A stretch of 64,000 nucleotides of DNA from Myxococcota bacterium (lineage in GTDB: Bacteria > Myxococcota > JACRCW01), in assembly GCA_040752415.1 (NCBI GenBank), contig JBFMGU010000013.1, forward strand, positions 1 to 64,000, in the 5' to 3' direction. The number at the start of each line of letters is the position of its first letter. Within the stretch, counting starts at the first letter, position 1. A program made the translations under genes and the position numbers. The notes beneath the pieces were generated by a model. That model saw nothing but the letters and a program-made list of their open reading frames with translations, was not told the origin of the DNA and did no database searches. Positions 1-10,664 of this stretch are shown one piece after another.

Positions 1-104
1 TCCCGGATGTCATCCCCCAGGAAGCTGGTGTCGAGGATGAAGTCACATCCCGGGCAGATGAAGGCGTCGTCCGCAACTTCTCTTCCGCACTTGGGACACT
101 TCAT
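1..104 (-). CDS. Zinc-ribbon protein, 5' part only (runs off the window start)
   Basis: Manual translation from ATG at 104: MKCPKCGREVADDAFICPGCDFILDTSFLGDDIR..., two CxxC pairs; absent from the ORF track because it is truncated. Confidence 0.7.
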   Translation of the reverse strand, partial: MKCPKCGREVADDAFICPGCDFILDTSFLGDDIR

Positions 105-208
105 CGCAGACGCCGCCGGGGTGAGCCTGAAGCCAAGGGAGGGAAGGTTACGCGCCGGGGGGGCCCCGCTCAACCAGCCAACGCCGGAACTCCCGGAATC
201 CCCAGGCT

Positions 209-763
209 CTAGGCCAACTTGCCGTCGGAGGCGGGGACGCCCAGCACGCCGCGGGATCTCTCCTCCTCCTCCAGCTCCACCGGTGACACCCGACGGTACG
301 CACGCGCCACCGGCTGCATCCAGCGACGGTGCGTGATGCGCGGCGGCGCCAGCAGGAAGTCGATCTTCTGCGGCGTGAAGGTGCCGCGCAGGCAGGTGCC
401 CGCGTCGGTGAGCGTCAGCTTCATCTCGGCAAAGACGTCGCCGTGGAGCTTGTGCGCCAGCGGCTCGGGGAAGTTGTTGCGCATCAGCGCCGGCACGCCG
501 AAGTCCCGTCGGGTGAGGCTGAGGGAACGACCGAACATGACCCCGCTGTACTCCTGCCAGCCGCCCGGGACCTCCCGCCGACCGCGCACGAACGGCCCCA
601 GCTGGCCCAGCGTGAGCCGCTCGCCGGTGGGGGGGGCGTTCTCGTCCTCCGGGAGCCGCTCCCAGGTGCCGCTGACGTTGAACAGGAGACTGCTGAGGAA
701 TCCCAGCGCCAGCAGCCCCACGATCACCGCCGGAACGGCGACTCTCAGCAGTTCAGCATCCAT
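209..763 (-). CDS. Hypothetical protein with N-terminal membrane anchor
   Basis: ORF 209..799; probable start MDAELL at 763, followed by hydrophobic VAVPAVIVGLLALGFLSSLLF; same strand as neighbours. Confidence 0.6.
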   Translation of the reverse strand: MDAELLRVAVPAVIVGLLALGFLSSLLFNVSGTWERLPEDENAPPTGERLTLGQLGPFVRGRREVPGGWQEYSGVMFGRSLSLTRRDFGVPALMRNNFPEPLAHKLHGDVFAEMKLTLTDAGTCLRGTFTPQKIDFLLAPPRITHRRWMQPVARAYRRVSPVELEEEERSRGVLGVPASDGKLA

Positions 764-931
764 CAGGAACAGGCAACCCCGGAAGGCGGAGCGACGCAAG
801 TAGCACAGTAGCCGGACCGGTCAGAAGGCGGGTGGCCGGTTGATGGGGCCGCCCACCGGGCAGGCGGACGGTGGACGACGGCGAGCTCCCCGCCGGCCGG
901 ACCACCCCATCCGCCTCCCGGACGGAGCGCT

Positions 932-1447
932 TCAGAGCGCGCCGCAGTCGGCAATGGCCACGGGCGCGCTGGTGGCGCCGGACTTGGAGCCGGTGGCCTC
1001 CATCTTGCGCACCACGTCCATGCCCTCCACCACCTTGCCGAACACCACGTGCTTGCCGTCGAGCCAGGAGGTGTCCGCGGTGCAGATGAAGAACTGCGAG
1101 CCGTTGGTGTTGGGCCCGGCGTTGGCCATGGACAGCGTGCCCGCGCCGGCGTGCTTGAGCTTGAAGTTCTCGTCGGCAAACTTGCTGCCGTAGATGGACT
1201 CCCCGCCGGTGCCGTTGCCCGCGGTGAAGTCACCACCCTGGCACATGAACTGCGGGATGATGCGGTGGAACTTGGAGCCCTTGAAGTGCAGCGGCTTGCC
1301 CGACTTGCCCATGCCCTTCTCACCGGTGCACAGCGCGCGGAAGTTCTCCGCCGTCTTGGGAACCACGTCCGCAAACAGCTCGAACACGATGCGACCGGCG
1401 GGCTTGTCGCCAATGGTGATGTCAAAGAACACGCGAGGGTTGGCCAT
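932..1447 (-). CDS. Cyclophilin-type peptidyl-prolyl cis-trans isomerase
   Basis: [57 protein letters not shown]; start MANPRV at 1447 with upstream GGAG. Confidence 0.97.
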   Translation of the reverse strand: MANPRVFFDITIGDKPAGRIVFELFADVVPKTAENFRALCTGEKGMGKSGKPLHFKGSKFHRIIPQFMCQGGDFTAGNGTGGESIYGSKFADENFKLKHAGAGTLSMANAGPNTNGSQFFICTADTSWLDGKHVVFGKVVEGMDVVRKMEATGSKSGATSAPVAIADCGAL

Positions 1448-1648
1448 GTCTGACTCCGGGAGAAAAGGGTTGCGGCCTCCTACTTCAACCTTCGGCGGCA
1501 CGGAAGCCGTCGCCCCGCGCGCAGGGCCGACGAACGGAGGACACGCCCGCGCCCGCCCCCGCCCTCAATTGCGTCCTCTCTGGCCATTGAATAAACAGGG
1601 CGCCCCCCGCGCGCTCCCCGACGGAAGCCGCCGGGGAACAGGTGTCCC

Positions 1649-3799
1649 GTGGCCTCCGATCCCGCTCCAGATTCCGCCGAGCCCGCTTCCACCCCTTCCG
1701 AGCCCGTCGCCGAGGGCGGCAAGGGCAAGAAGGACAAGAAACCGGGCGGCAAGCTGGCGCGCACGCGCAACGTGGGCATCTGCGCGCACATTGACGCGGG
1801 CAAGACCACGCTCACCGAGCGCATCCTCTTCTTCACCGGCGTCATCCACCGCATGGGTGAGGTCCACGACGGAGACACCGTCATGGACTGGATGGTCCAG
1901 GAGCGGGAGCGCGGCATCACCATCACCGCCGCCGTCACGGAGTGCCCCTGGCGCGGCCACGAGGTCCACCTCATCGACACGCCGGGCCACGTGGACTTCA
2001 CCATCGAGGTGGAGCGCTCCCTGCGCGTGCTGGACGGCGCGGTGGTGGTGTTTGACGGCGTCAACGGCGTGGAGCCGCAGAGCGAGACAGTGTGGCGTCA
2101 GGCCGACCGCTACAAGGTCCCGCGCCTGGCGTTCATCAACAAGATGGACCGCGTGGGGGCGGACTTTGACATGTCCGTGGACTCCATCCGCAAGAAGCTG
2201 GGCGCCAACCCCGTGCCCATCTACCTGCCCATTGGCGCGGAGAGCGAGTTTGCCGGCGTGCTGGACCTGGTCACCCAGGAGGTGGTCACCTTCGAGGGAG
2301 AGCGCGGCACGGAAGTGGTCCGCAGCGCCCCCGACGACGAGCAGAAGGAGCTCATTGGCCTGCACCGCGAGGCGCTCATCGAGGCGTGCGCCGACGTGGA
2401 CGACGCGGTGGCCGAGGCCTTCCTGGGCGGCGGCGAGGTCACCGAGGAGATGATCAAGAACGCGCTGCGCCAGGGCACCCGCACCAACAAGCTGGTCCCG
2501 GTGCTGTGCGGCAGCGCGCTCAAGGACAAGGGCGTGCAGTGCGTGCTCGACGCCATGATCGACTACCTGCCCAGCCCGCTGGACCTGCCGCCCATCAAGG
2601 GCTTTGACCCCAAGACGCTGGAGCCCATGGAGCGCGAGCAGAAGCCGGAGGCGCCGCTGGTGGCCCTGGCCTTCAAGGTGCAGCTCGAGGAGGGTCGCAA
2701 GCAGGTGTACATGCGCCTGTACAGCGGCACGCTCTCCGCCGGCGACGAGGTCCTCAACAGCACCGCGGGCAAGAAGGAGAAGGTGGCCCGCCTGTTCCTG
2801 GCCCACGCCGACAAGCGCACCCGCGTGGAGAAGGCCACCGCCGGTCAGCTGGTGGTGGCGGCGGGACTCAAGTTCGCGCGCACCGGCGACACCATCACCA
2901 CGCCCAAGGCGCCCATGCTGCTGGACCGCATTGCCTTCCAGGAGCCGGTGATTGCCATTGCGGTGGAGGCCAAGCGCAACCAGGACCAGGAGAAGCTGGA
3001 GGAGGTGCTGGCCAAGCTGCAGGAGGAGGACCCCACGCTGCGCGTGCAGGTGGACCCCGACACCGGCCAGACGCTCTTGCGCGGCATGGGTGAGCTGCAC
3101 CTGGAGATCATCGTGGACCGGCTGGACCGGGAGTTCGGGACGCCGGTGAACACCGGTCGCCCGCAGGTGGTGTTCCGCGAGGCGCTGGGTGCCCCCGCCG
3201 ACGGCGACGACAGCTTCGAGAAGGTGCTGCCCACCGAGACGCCCGGCGCGGAGGCGCGCCTGTTTGCCGGCGCCAAGGTGAAGGTGCGTCCGCGCGAGCG
3301 GGGCGCGGGCAACCTCATCCTCGTCGACAAGGTGAAGGTGGAGCCGCCGGAGATGCAGCTGGACGACGAGCAGCTGGCCGCGGTGCGCTCCGGCGCCGAG
3401 GACGCGGTGAGCACGGGGCCGTTGCAGGGCTTCCCGCTCGTCGACGTGGAGCTCACCGTGGAAGTGGTGCGCGTGCGCCCGCGCGAGAGCAACGAGCTGG
3501 CCCTGCGCGCCGCCATTGGCAAGGCCACGCGGGAAGCCGCGCGCAAGGCAAGCCCGCGCCTGCTGCAGCCGATCATGCAGATGGAGATCGTGGCGCCCGC
3601 CGACCTCACCGGGCCGGTCATGGGCGACCTGCAGAGCCGTGGCGGTCGCATCGAGGGCATGGAGACCGACCGCGGCGCCACCACCATCAAGGCCACCGCG
3701 CCGCTGGTGAAGCTGTTCGGCTACTCCACCGACCTGCGCAGCCTCACCCAGGGTCGCGGCACGTTCACCATGCAGTTCGCACGCTTCGACGAGGCGTGA
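1649..3799 (+). CDS. fusA: Elongation factor G paralogue (divergent domain IV)
   Basis: G motifs [44 protein letters not shown]-terminal [15 protein letters not shown]. Confidence 0.93.
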   Translation: MASDPAPDSAEPASTPSEPVAEGGKGKKDKKPGGKLARTRNVGICAHIDAGKTTLTERILFFTGVIHRMGEVHDGDTVMDWMVQERERGITITAAVTECPWRGHEVHLIDTPGHVDFTIEVERSLRVLDGAVVVFDGVNGVEPQSETVWRQADRYKVPRLAFINKMDRVGADFDMSVDSIRKKLGANPVPIYLPIGAESEFAGVLDLVTQEVVTFEGERGTEVVRSAPDDEQKELIGLHREALIEACADVDDAVAEAFLGGGEVTEEMIKNALRQGTRTNKLVPVLCGSALKDKGVQCVLDAMIDYLPSPLDLPPIKGFDPKTLEPMEREQKPEAPLVALAFKVQLEEGRKQVYMRLYSGTLSAGDEVLNSTAGKKEKVARLFLAHADKRTRVEKATAGQLVVAAGLKFARTGDTITTPKAPMLLDRIAFQEPVIAIAVEAKRNQDQEKLEEVLAKLQEEDPTLRVQVDPDTGQTLLRGMGELHLEIIVDRLDREFGTPVNTGRPQVVFREALGAPADGDDSFEKVLPTETPGAEARLFAGAKVKVRPRERGAGNLILVDKVKVEPPEMQLDDEQLAAVRSGAEDAVSTGPLQGFPLVDVELTVEVVRVRPRESNELALRAAIGKATREAARKASPRLLQPIMQMEIVAPADLTGPVMGDLQSRGGRIEGMETDRGATTIKATAPLVKLFGYSTDLRSLTQGRGTFTMQFARFDEA

Positions 3800-3914
3800 G
3801 CATCATCCTCCGATCGTTGGCATTCTTGCTTCGGTGACGACGAGCGGAACTGAGACAAATCCCAGCACAGCGTGCGACCGGATGCAGGGTATACCTCCGC
3901 GCCGAGGAGAACCC

Positions 3915-6900
3915 ATGGCATCTCGTCGTCTCCACGTCGTGGTCGCGGTGGCGGGCCTTTCCCAATGGCACTGCCACGACTCCGCGCCCGTCGACGGCGC
4001 GCGCTCTTCCTTGCAGCAGCCCCTGACCGGCGGCTGGGTGACGACGAGCAACCAGGCCGCGCTCCGCCAGGCCCACACCATCACGCCCATGCTGGATGGT
4101 CGCCTCCTCATCGTCGGTGGCGCGGTTCCTCCTTCCGGGACGGCCACGGACCTGGTGGAGATCTACGACCCGGCAACGGACCGTTTCTCGACGGGGCCCT
4201 CGCTCCCCAGCCCGCGTTACGGGCACAGCGCGGTGTTGCTCCGCGACGGTCGCGTGCTGGTGGTGGGCGGTTACGCGCCCGGCAGCACCCTGGACACCAC
4301 GGAGATCTATTCGCCGGCGACGGGCGCGTGGACGGCTGGCCCCACCCTCAACCGTGCCCGCTGGCTCAGCACCCTGACCCGCCTGGCGGACGGACGCGTG
4401 CTTGCCGCCGCGGGGGCCAACGGCGGGACTGGCCTGCTGGAGACCGACGTCCTCGACGCCGACGCCACCGCGTGGACCCTGCAGTCACCGCTGAACACGA
4501 CCCGCACCGGGGCCTGCGCCACCCTGCTCACCGACGGGCGCGTCATGGTCGCCGGCGGACGGGGCTCCAACGGTCCCTGGCCGCGCAGCGTGGAGGTGTT
4601 CAACCCTGACGACGGAACCTGGACGGTCGGCCCCGACATGAGCGTCGTGCGCTGGCAGTGCAGCGCGACGTTGCTCCTCGACGGAAATGTGCTGATTGTG
4701 GGCGGCATCGCCTCGGAGTTCGACCAACCACACGCGAGCGCGGAGATCTTCCATCCCTCCGACGGGACCATCACCCCCGCGGCCGACATGACCACGGGCC
4801 GGCTGACTCCTGGCGTGGCGCTCCTCCCCGACGGCACGGTGCTGGTGGCGGGCAAGTGGACCACCCCGTTCGCCGAAATCTACGACCCCCTCCTCGACAC
4901 CTGGACCGAGGACCCCGCGACCCCCGCGCCCGACCGCGCCGCCCTGGCCTTGACCGCCACGGGGTGGGCGGTGGCGGTTGGTGCATACTTCAACACGCCC
5001 GGCGCCATCCGACGGAACGTGTCCTCTCCGTCGTGGCGCAGCCTGCCCGCGGGTACCGCGCTGCAGGGCCACTCCGCCACGCTGCTGGCCGACGGCGCGG
5101 TGCTGCTCGCGGGTGGCGCGGACGGCACGGACGTTCCCTCCCCGGAGGTGAAGCGCGTGGATGCCGCGGGAACCGAGACCGCCGCGCCGCCGCTGGGCAC
5201 CGCGCGCGCGGGCCACACCGCCACGTTGCTGCCCGACGGCCGGGTGCTCGTCGTGGGCGGCCAGGACCCGTCCGGCGCGCTGAGCTCGGTGGAGCTGCTG
5301 GATGCCGCGGGCACGTCGTGGAGCGCGGGAATGCCCACCGGAGAAGCGCACACCGGGCACACGGCAACCCTGCGCCGGGATGGCACGGTGCTGGTGACGG
5401 GCGGTGGCGTGTCGACGGAGATCTTTGTCCCGGGGACGGACGCGTGGGTTCCCGGGATGCCGCTGGATGGCGCACGGAGCGGCCTGACCGCAACGCCGCT
5501 GGCCAATGGTGAGCTGCTGATCGTGGGCGGTTCCACGTCGGACGTGGCGCTCCGGGGAGACGGTTCCAGCAACTGGGTTGCGGCTGGCAACGTGACGCCG
5601 CGCGCGCATCACTCCACCACGCTGCTCTCCGACGGGCGGGGCCTGGTGGTGGGCGGAGAGCAGGCCGGCACGTTCCTGGACTCCGTGGAGATCTCCGACG
5701 TCGACCTGACCACGTGGACCGCGAGCACGCCGCTGCCCGCGCCCCGCGCCTTCCACACCGCGAGCCTGCTCTCCGACGGACGCGTGCTCGTCGTGGGCGG
5801 TGAGAACGAGCTGGGACCGCTGGGCGACGCGCTCCTCTTCGACCCCACCGACGGCACATGGATGGTCCTGGCCGAACAGCCCCGCGCGCGCCCCCGCGCC
5901 ACCACGCTTGCCGACGGGATGGTGCTGGTGACGGGCTCGGTGGCGACGTCGGGTCTGTTGGATGCAGTGGGCACCGTGCGGCGCCCGCGTCCCACGCTGG
6001 ATGGCTCGCCCACCCTGATCCTGGGACGGACCGCCACGTTGACGGGGACGAACCTGGAGGGAGTCCACACAGGCAGCAACGGCACCGACGGCAACGCCCC
6101 CATGAATCACCCCGTGGTGACGTTGGAAACGCTGGAGGGTCTGCGGGTGCCCGTGATGACGATGGCGTTTTCCGACGGAAGTGTGTCCTTCCAGGTCCCG
6201 CTCGACGCGCCGATTGGCTACGCCGCGGTGCGCGTTTCCGTGGGCGCGACGTGGGGCGGGCAGGTGGTGCGCCTGCGCGGAAACAACGCGCCCACGGTGT
6301 CGAGCCTGGCGGTGGACGCGGTCTCCGGCATGCCGGTGCAGATCCACGTCGCGGCGTCGGACGCGGACGGGGACCCGTTGAGCTGGACACTCACGAGCAG
6401 TCCGCAGCACGGCGAGGTCAGCGGCACGCTGCCGGACCTCACGTATTCTCCCAGTGCCACCTACGCCGGCGTGGAATCGCTGACCGTGCAGGTTTCCGAC
6501 GGGCTGACCAGCGTGGAAATCACCGTCACCATCAACATCGACCCGCCAGTGCCGGTCATCACCTCCCCCGCCCCCGGAGCCGTGGTGACGACGGGAACGC
6601 TCAGCGTTGAAGGCACCGCGGTGGTTGGCCTTCCGGTCAGCATCCGCGAAGACGCGACAGTGGTGGCCAGCGGCAACGCCGACACCGAGGGGCACTTTGC
6701 CGTGCAGGTGAACCTCCCGGACGGCCAGCACACGTTGGTGGTGGCCCAGCAGGTTGGCGACGTGGAAAGTGTCTCCGAGCCGCTCACCATCACCATGGAC
6801 CAGACGGGACCCGTCTTCACCGGAGCGGCGTCAGGCACCGTGGCGGAAGCCGTGAGCCCCGACGGCGCCGTGGTGAACTACACACCCCCGACCGCCAACG

Positions 6901-7577
6901 ACGACATCACCGGCGTCTCGGAAGTGACCTGCGCGCCGCCGCCGGGCGCACAGTTTCCCCTCGGCGAAACGACGGTGACCTGCAGCGCCAGCGACGACAA
7001 CGGCAACGTGTCCACCACCGCGCTCACCGTGGAAGTGCAGGACAACACCGTGCCTTCCCTGACGTGTCCGGCGGACATCACCGTTGAAGCGGAGGATGCC
7101 AATGGCGCCACCGTGACCCTCACTGCGCCCGTCGCCACGGACGCGGCCGACGACGATGTCGCGGTCACCCTGGATCCGCCCTCCGGTCACTTCAACGTGG
7201 GAACCACCACCGTCACGGCGACCGCGCAGGATGACGCGGGGAACATGGCCACGTGTACCTTCCGCGTCGTGGTGACGCCGTTGCCCCCACCGGACGCGGG
7301 AACGCCGACCGTGGATGCGGGCGCGGATGCCGGCACGCCTTCGACAGACGCGAGCATGCCCGAGGTGGATGCGGGCACGGCGGAGCTGTCCGACGCGGGA
7401 AATGTTGGAGCGGCAGACGCCTCCTCACCGCCGCCGGAGGGTTCTGTGGAGCCGGACAACTGCGGCTGCAGCGCCACCGAGGAGGAGGCCACCGGCCCGG
7501 CGTGGTTGGCGTTCGCGCTCGCCCTGCTGGCGACTTCCCGTCGCAACCGGGGTGCGGTCACTCCGCTTCACAGATGA
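3915..7577 (+). CDS. Secreted double Kelch-repeat protein with Ig-like and two HYR-like domains and a MYXO-CTERM-like anchor
   Basis: ~14 Kelch repeats (HxATLLxDGRVLVxGG); HYR-like FPLGETTVTCSASD and FNVGTTTVTATAQD; tail CGCS...WLAFALALLATSRR; ATG 3915 preceded by GAGGAG. Confidence 0.88.
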   Translation: MASRRLHVVVAVAGLSQWHCHDSAPVDGARSSLQQPLTGGWVTTSNQAALRQAHTITPMLDGRLLIVGGAVPPSGTATDLVEIYDPATDRFSTGPSLPSPRYGHSAVLLRDGRVLVVGGYAPGSTLDTTEIYSPATGAWTAGPTLNRARWLSTLTRLADGRVLAAAGANGGTGLLETDVLDADATAWTLQSPLNTTRTGACATLLTDGRVMVAGGRGSNGPWPRSVEVFNPDDGTWTVGPDMSVVRWQCSATLLLDGNVLIVGGIASEFDQPHASAEIFHPSDGTITPAADMTTGRLTPGVALLPDGTVLVAGKWTTPFAEIYDPLLDTWTEDPATPAPDRAALALTATGWAVAVGAYFNTPGAIRRNVSSPSWRSLPAGTALQGHSATLLADGAVLLAGGADGTDVPSPEVKRVDAAGTETAAPPLGTARAGHTATLLPDGRVLVVGGQDPSGALSSVELLDAAGTSWSAGMPTGEAHTGHTATLRRDGTVLVTGGGVSTEIFVPGTDAWVPGMPLDGARSGLTATPLANGELLIVGGSTSDVALRGDGSSNWVAAGNVTPRAHHSTTLLSDGRGLVVGGEQAGTFLDSVEISDVDLTTWTASTPLPAPRAFHTASLLSDGRVLVVGGENELGPLGDALLFDPTDGTWMVLAEQPRARPRATTLADGMVLVTGSVATSGLLDAVGTVRRPRPTLDGSPTLILGRTATLTGTNLEGVHTGSNGTDGNAPMNHPVVTLETLEGLRVPVMTMAFSDGSVSFQVPLDAPIGYAAVRVSVGATWGGQVVRLRGNNAPTVSSLAVDAVSGMPVQIHVAASDADGDPLSWTLTSSPQHGEVSGTLPDLTYSPSATYAGVESLTVQVSDGLTSVEITVTINIDPPVPVITSPAPGAVVTTGTLSVEGTAVVGLPVSIREDATVVASGNADTEGHFAVQVNLPDGQHTLVVAQQVGDVESVSEPLTITMDQTGPVFTGAASGTVAEAVSPDGAVVNYTPPTANDDITGVSEVTCAPPPGAQFPLGETTVTCSASDDNGNVSTTALTVEVQDNTVPSLTCPADITVEAEDANGATVTLTAPVATDAADDDVAVTLDPPSGHFNVGTTTVTATAQDDAGNMATCTFRVVVTPLPPPDAGTPTVDAGADAGTPSTDASMPEVDAGTAELSDAGNVGAADASSPPPEGSVEPDNCGCSATEEEATGPAWLAFALALLATSRRNRGAVTPLHR

Positions 7578-9276
7578 ACGGGCGGCCCATGGTGCATTCC
7601 GCGTCGTTCCACGTGGCGTTGGGCAGGAAGTTGTTGATGGTGGCGCAGTCTTCATCCAGGTTGTTGTTGGGCTCGTTGGTGGCGGCGTTCCAGTTCACGT
7701 AGCTGCTGCTGCCCGAGACCCACGAGAACTGCCCCTCGTTGCCGCGGTCGTTGTAGCCGATCCACCACTGCCCCCCGGCGAGGGATTCCGCGGTGCTGCT
7801 GAGCCACGCGTTCTCCTGGGAGTCGCTGATGGTGACCAGGTGGTAGCCGTAGGCGGAGCAGCTGTCGCGTGCGCCAAACCAGTTGTCGTCGAACGCGCAG
7901 AACCCGTAGGCGTGCCCGTTGCGCGTGAACATGTCGCAGCCGCAGCCGCTCTCGTCGCGCAGGCCGTCGCAGTCGTCGTCGCGCGAGTTGCACGTCTCGG
8001 TGCCACCCGGGCGCACGTTGTTGCGCGTGTCGTCGCAGTCCACGGGGTTGGTGCCCTGGGCGCGGTAGGCCCCCGGCAACGCGGCGCCGCTGCACACCTG
8101 CTCGCCCGCGGTGGTCCAGTTGTCGCCGTCCCCGTCGAGATACCCGGTGAGGTACTGCCAGAGCGCGGAGTTGCCGTCGTCGCAGTCTTCTTCGGCGGAG
8201 GGGATGGTGGTGTAGCCCGCGGGCGGTTGTCCCACGCAGTCCGGCGTGCCCCCACCCACCGTGTACGAATCCCCGTCGCCGTCGACGTACAGCATGACCG
8301 CGCTCCAGGCAGAAGGGTCTCCGTCGTCACAGTCCAGCGGGGCCGAGGCGCTGGCCTGGTAGCCCGTGGGGAGGACACCGTTGGTGCAGAGCGTGACTGC
8401 TTCGCCCACGGTGTACGTGTCCCCATCCGCGTCGACGTAACCCGTCTGCGCGGCCCAGACCTGGTCATCGTCGTCGTCGCAGTCCGGGCCAATGAGCTCC
8501 GACTGGTAGCCGACCGTCGTCACATCCTCGGTGCACAGCTCGGTGGCGGTGGCCTGCGTGTAGCTGTCGCCGTCGGCGTCCAGGAATCCGGTGCGCAGCC
8601 GCCACGCGGTCCCGTCGGTGTCCTTGCAGTCATCGGTGGCGGAGCGCGTGGGTTGGTAGCCGGTGGGGAGGGTGTTGCCCGCGCACAGCGTGACCGCCTC
8701 TCCCACGGTGTACGTGTCGCCGTCCGCGTCGACGAACGCCTCGTAGGCCCGCCACGCCAGTGGTGCGTTCTCGTCGCAGTCGGGGCCGGCGAAGCAGCCC
8801 GGTCCGTGCAGGTCCCCGTCGAGGTCCACGCAGGTGGTCACCGCGCCGTCGACGACGCCCGCGTCCGATGCGCCGCCGCCGCTGGTGCTGGTGCTCGACG
8901 AACCACCGCCCGACGACGACGAGGATGCGGCCGCGTTGGACGACGAGACCGCGGCGCCCGAGGAGCTGGCGCCCGCTTCCCCGCTCGACGACGAGGACGA
9001 GGCCGCGAAGGAGGACGCCGCCCGGGATGACGACGTCTCCACCACACCGGAGGAACCGCCGTCCCCGGTCAGGAGCACGCAGGTTCCGTCCTGGCACACC
9101 GCGCCCGTTTCGCATCCGCCGGTGCAGGTCCGCAGGCACTCCCCCTGCTGGCAGGAATATCCGGTGGTGCAGTCCTCCGCGGACTCACAGCGGTACGTGG
9201 CGCCGACGAAGCAGCCCGTCCCCAGCAACGTCAGGCAGACCAGCAGGAACCTGGCGGTGGCGTGGCGCGGCGACAT
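7558..9276 (-). CDS. Lipoprotein with Cys/Asp-rich putative metal-binding repeats and a C-terminal C-type lectin domain
   Basis: Lipobox-like LLGTGC; Ser-rich linker; repeated YVDADGDTY...DCDD units; CTLD WWIGYND...EPNN...EDCA...WND...FICE. Confidence 0.85.
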   Translation of the reverse strand: MSPRHATARFLLVCLTLLGTGCFVGATYRCESAEDCTTGYSCQQGECLRTCTGGCETGAVCQDGTCVLLTGDGGSSGVVETSSSRAASSFAASSSSSSGEAGASSSGAAVSSSNAAASSSSSGGGSSSTSTSGGGASDAGVVDGAVTTCVDLDGDLHGPGCFAGPDCDENAPLAWRAYEAFVDADGDTYTVGEAVTLCAGNTLPTGYQPTRSATDDCKDTDGTAWRLRTGFLDADGDSYTQATATELCTEDVTTVGYQSELIGPDCDDDDDQVWAAQTGYVDADGDTYTVGEAVTLCTNGVLPTGYQASASAPLDCDDGDPSAWSAVMLYVDGDGDSYTVGGGTPDCVGQPPAGYTTIPSAEEDCDDGNSALWQYLTGYLDGDGDNWTTAGEQVCSGAALPGAYRAQGTNPVDCDDTRNNVRPGGTETCNSRDDDCDGLRDESGCGCDMFTRNGHAYGFCAFDDNWFGARDSCSAYGYHLVTISDSQENAWLSSTAESLAGGQWWIGYNDRGNEGQFSWVSGSSSYVNWNAATNEPNNNLDEDCATINNFLPNATWNDAECTMGRPFICEAE

Positions 9277-9371
9277 GAGTTGGGGAGCATAGCAGGAGCA
9301 CACGCCCCGCACGGCCCATCAGCGGGCGACATCTCCCCACCTTGTCGTCGCCACGGTGGGATGAATCGCGG

Positions 9372-10340
9372 TCAGCGGTCGCGCTCGACGGAGAACATGG
9401 CCAGCGCGCGCAGCACGTTGCTCCGCGCGCCAAACGGCTTGAGCGCCGCCACCGCACGCTCGGCCTGCTCCCGCGCGCGCTTGCGGGCACCCTCCAGGCC
9501 ATAGAGCTTCACGTACGTGGTCTTGTCCATGCGCTCGTCGCGACCCACGCCCTTGCCGCCCTTGCCTTCGGTGTCGGTCACATCCAGCACGTCGTCGGCG
9601 ATCTGGAACGCGAAGCCCAGCGCGGCGCCGTACTCGCGCAATGCGGCCAACTGTTTCTCATTGGCATCCGCGCTGAGCCCGCCCATCACCGCGGCAGCCA
9701 CGAACAGGCGCCCCGTCTTCCGACGGTGGATGGCCGGGAGGTCCACGGTCTTGGGGTCGGCGCCCTCCGCCATGACGTCGGCCATCTGGCCACCCACCAT
9801 GCCAAAGCTGCCCGCGCCCATGGCCAGCTCCCGCACCTGCATCAGCGCACCGTGGCGCGCGCGGGAGACCACGTTGAACGCGTCGGTGAGCAGCGCGTCG
9901 CCGGCCAGGATGGCGGTGGCCTCGTCAAAGGCCTTGTGCACGGTGGGCTGGCCGCGCCGCATGTCGTCGTCATCCATGGCGGGGAGGTCGTCGTGGATGA
10001 GGCTGTAGGTGTGCACCATCTCCAGCGCGCACGCCCCGGGCATGGCCTGCGGCGCCGTCCCGCCCGCCGCCACGCACGCCTCAATGCAGATGATGGGCCG
10101 CAGCCGTTTCCCCCCGGCGAGCAGGCTGTGCGCCATGGCGGCCACGAGACGCTGCGGCGGCTTCACCGAGGCGTGCGCGGGCAGGTCCTTGAGGCTGGCC
10201 AGCGTGCGACCGAGCTCGCGGTCGACCTGCTTGGCGCGCCGGGCGATGAGTCCGTTGACGTCGACGGGCTTCTCGACGCGGGCGCGGGTGGGCTTGCTCT
10301 TGCGGGGTGCGGCTTTGGGACGCTTCTGCGTGGTGACCAT
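9372..10340 (-). CDS. ispA: Polyprenyl (farnesyl) diphosphate synthase
   Basis: GGKRLRP, FARM IHDDLPAMDDDDMRRG, SARM FQIADDVLD; conserved position after xseB. Confidence 0.95.
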   Translation of the reverse strand: MVTTQKRPKAAPRKSKPTRARVEKPVDVNGLIARRAKQVDRELGRTLASLKDLPAHASVKPPQRLVAAMAHSLLAGGKRLRPIICIEACVAAGGTAPQAMPGACALEMVHTYSLIHDDLPAMDDDDMRRGQPTVHKAFDEATAILAGDALLTDAFNVVSRARHGALMQVRELAMGAGSFGMVGGQMADVMAEGADPKTVDLPAIHRRKTGRLFVAAAVMGGLSADANEKQLAALREYGAALGFAFQIADDVLDVTDTEGKGGKGVGRDERMDKTTYVKLYGLEGARKRAREQAERAVAALKPFGARSNVLRALAMFSVERDR

Positions 10341-10367
10341 GGTTGTGCTTCCGTGACGGGTGGGGCT

Positions 10368-10661
10368 TCAGGGCTCGTTCATGGGACGGGTGGAGCCGTC
10401 GCGCATGAGCTGCTCCACGCGGCGTTCCATCTGTTCCAGTCGGGATTGTCCGGCGCGGACCAGGCCCACGCCCTCCTCGAAGGCGGTGAGCGCGTCCTCG
10501 AGCGGGAGGTCTCCGCGCTCCAGCGTGGCGACGATCTGCTCCAGCCGCCCGACGAGCTGATCAAAGCGCTCCGGCCTCTCCGGCGTACCGCGCTCGACGG
10601 GGGGCGGCAGCTCGCTCTCCTGGAAAAGGCCAGTTCCCTGCTCCGGTCGGTTCCGCGCCAC
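10368..10661 (-). CDS. xseB: Exodeoxyribonuclease VII small subunit
   Basis: RLEQIVATLERGDLPLEDALTAFEEGVGL; lies between xseA and ispA. Confidence 0.93.
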   Translation of the reverse strand: MARNRPEQGTGLFQESELPPPVERGTPERPERFDQLVGRLEQIVATLERGDLPLEDALTAFEEGVGLVRAGQSRLEQMERRVEQLMRDGSTRPMNEP

Positions 10662-10664
10662 GGC

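Noticed and set aside
1649..3799. TetM/TetO ribosomal protection protein
   Set aside because: Motifs and length are EF-G-like ([30 protein letters not shown])
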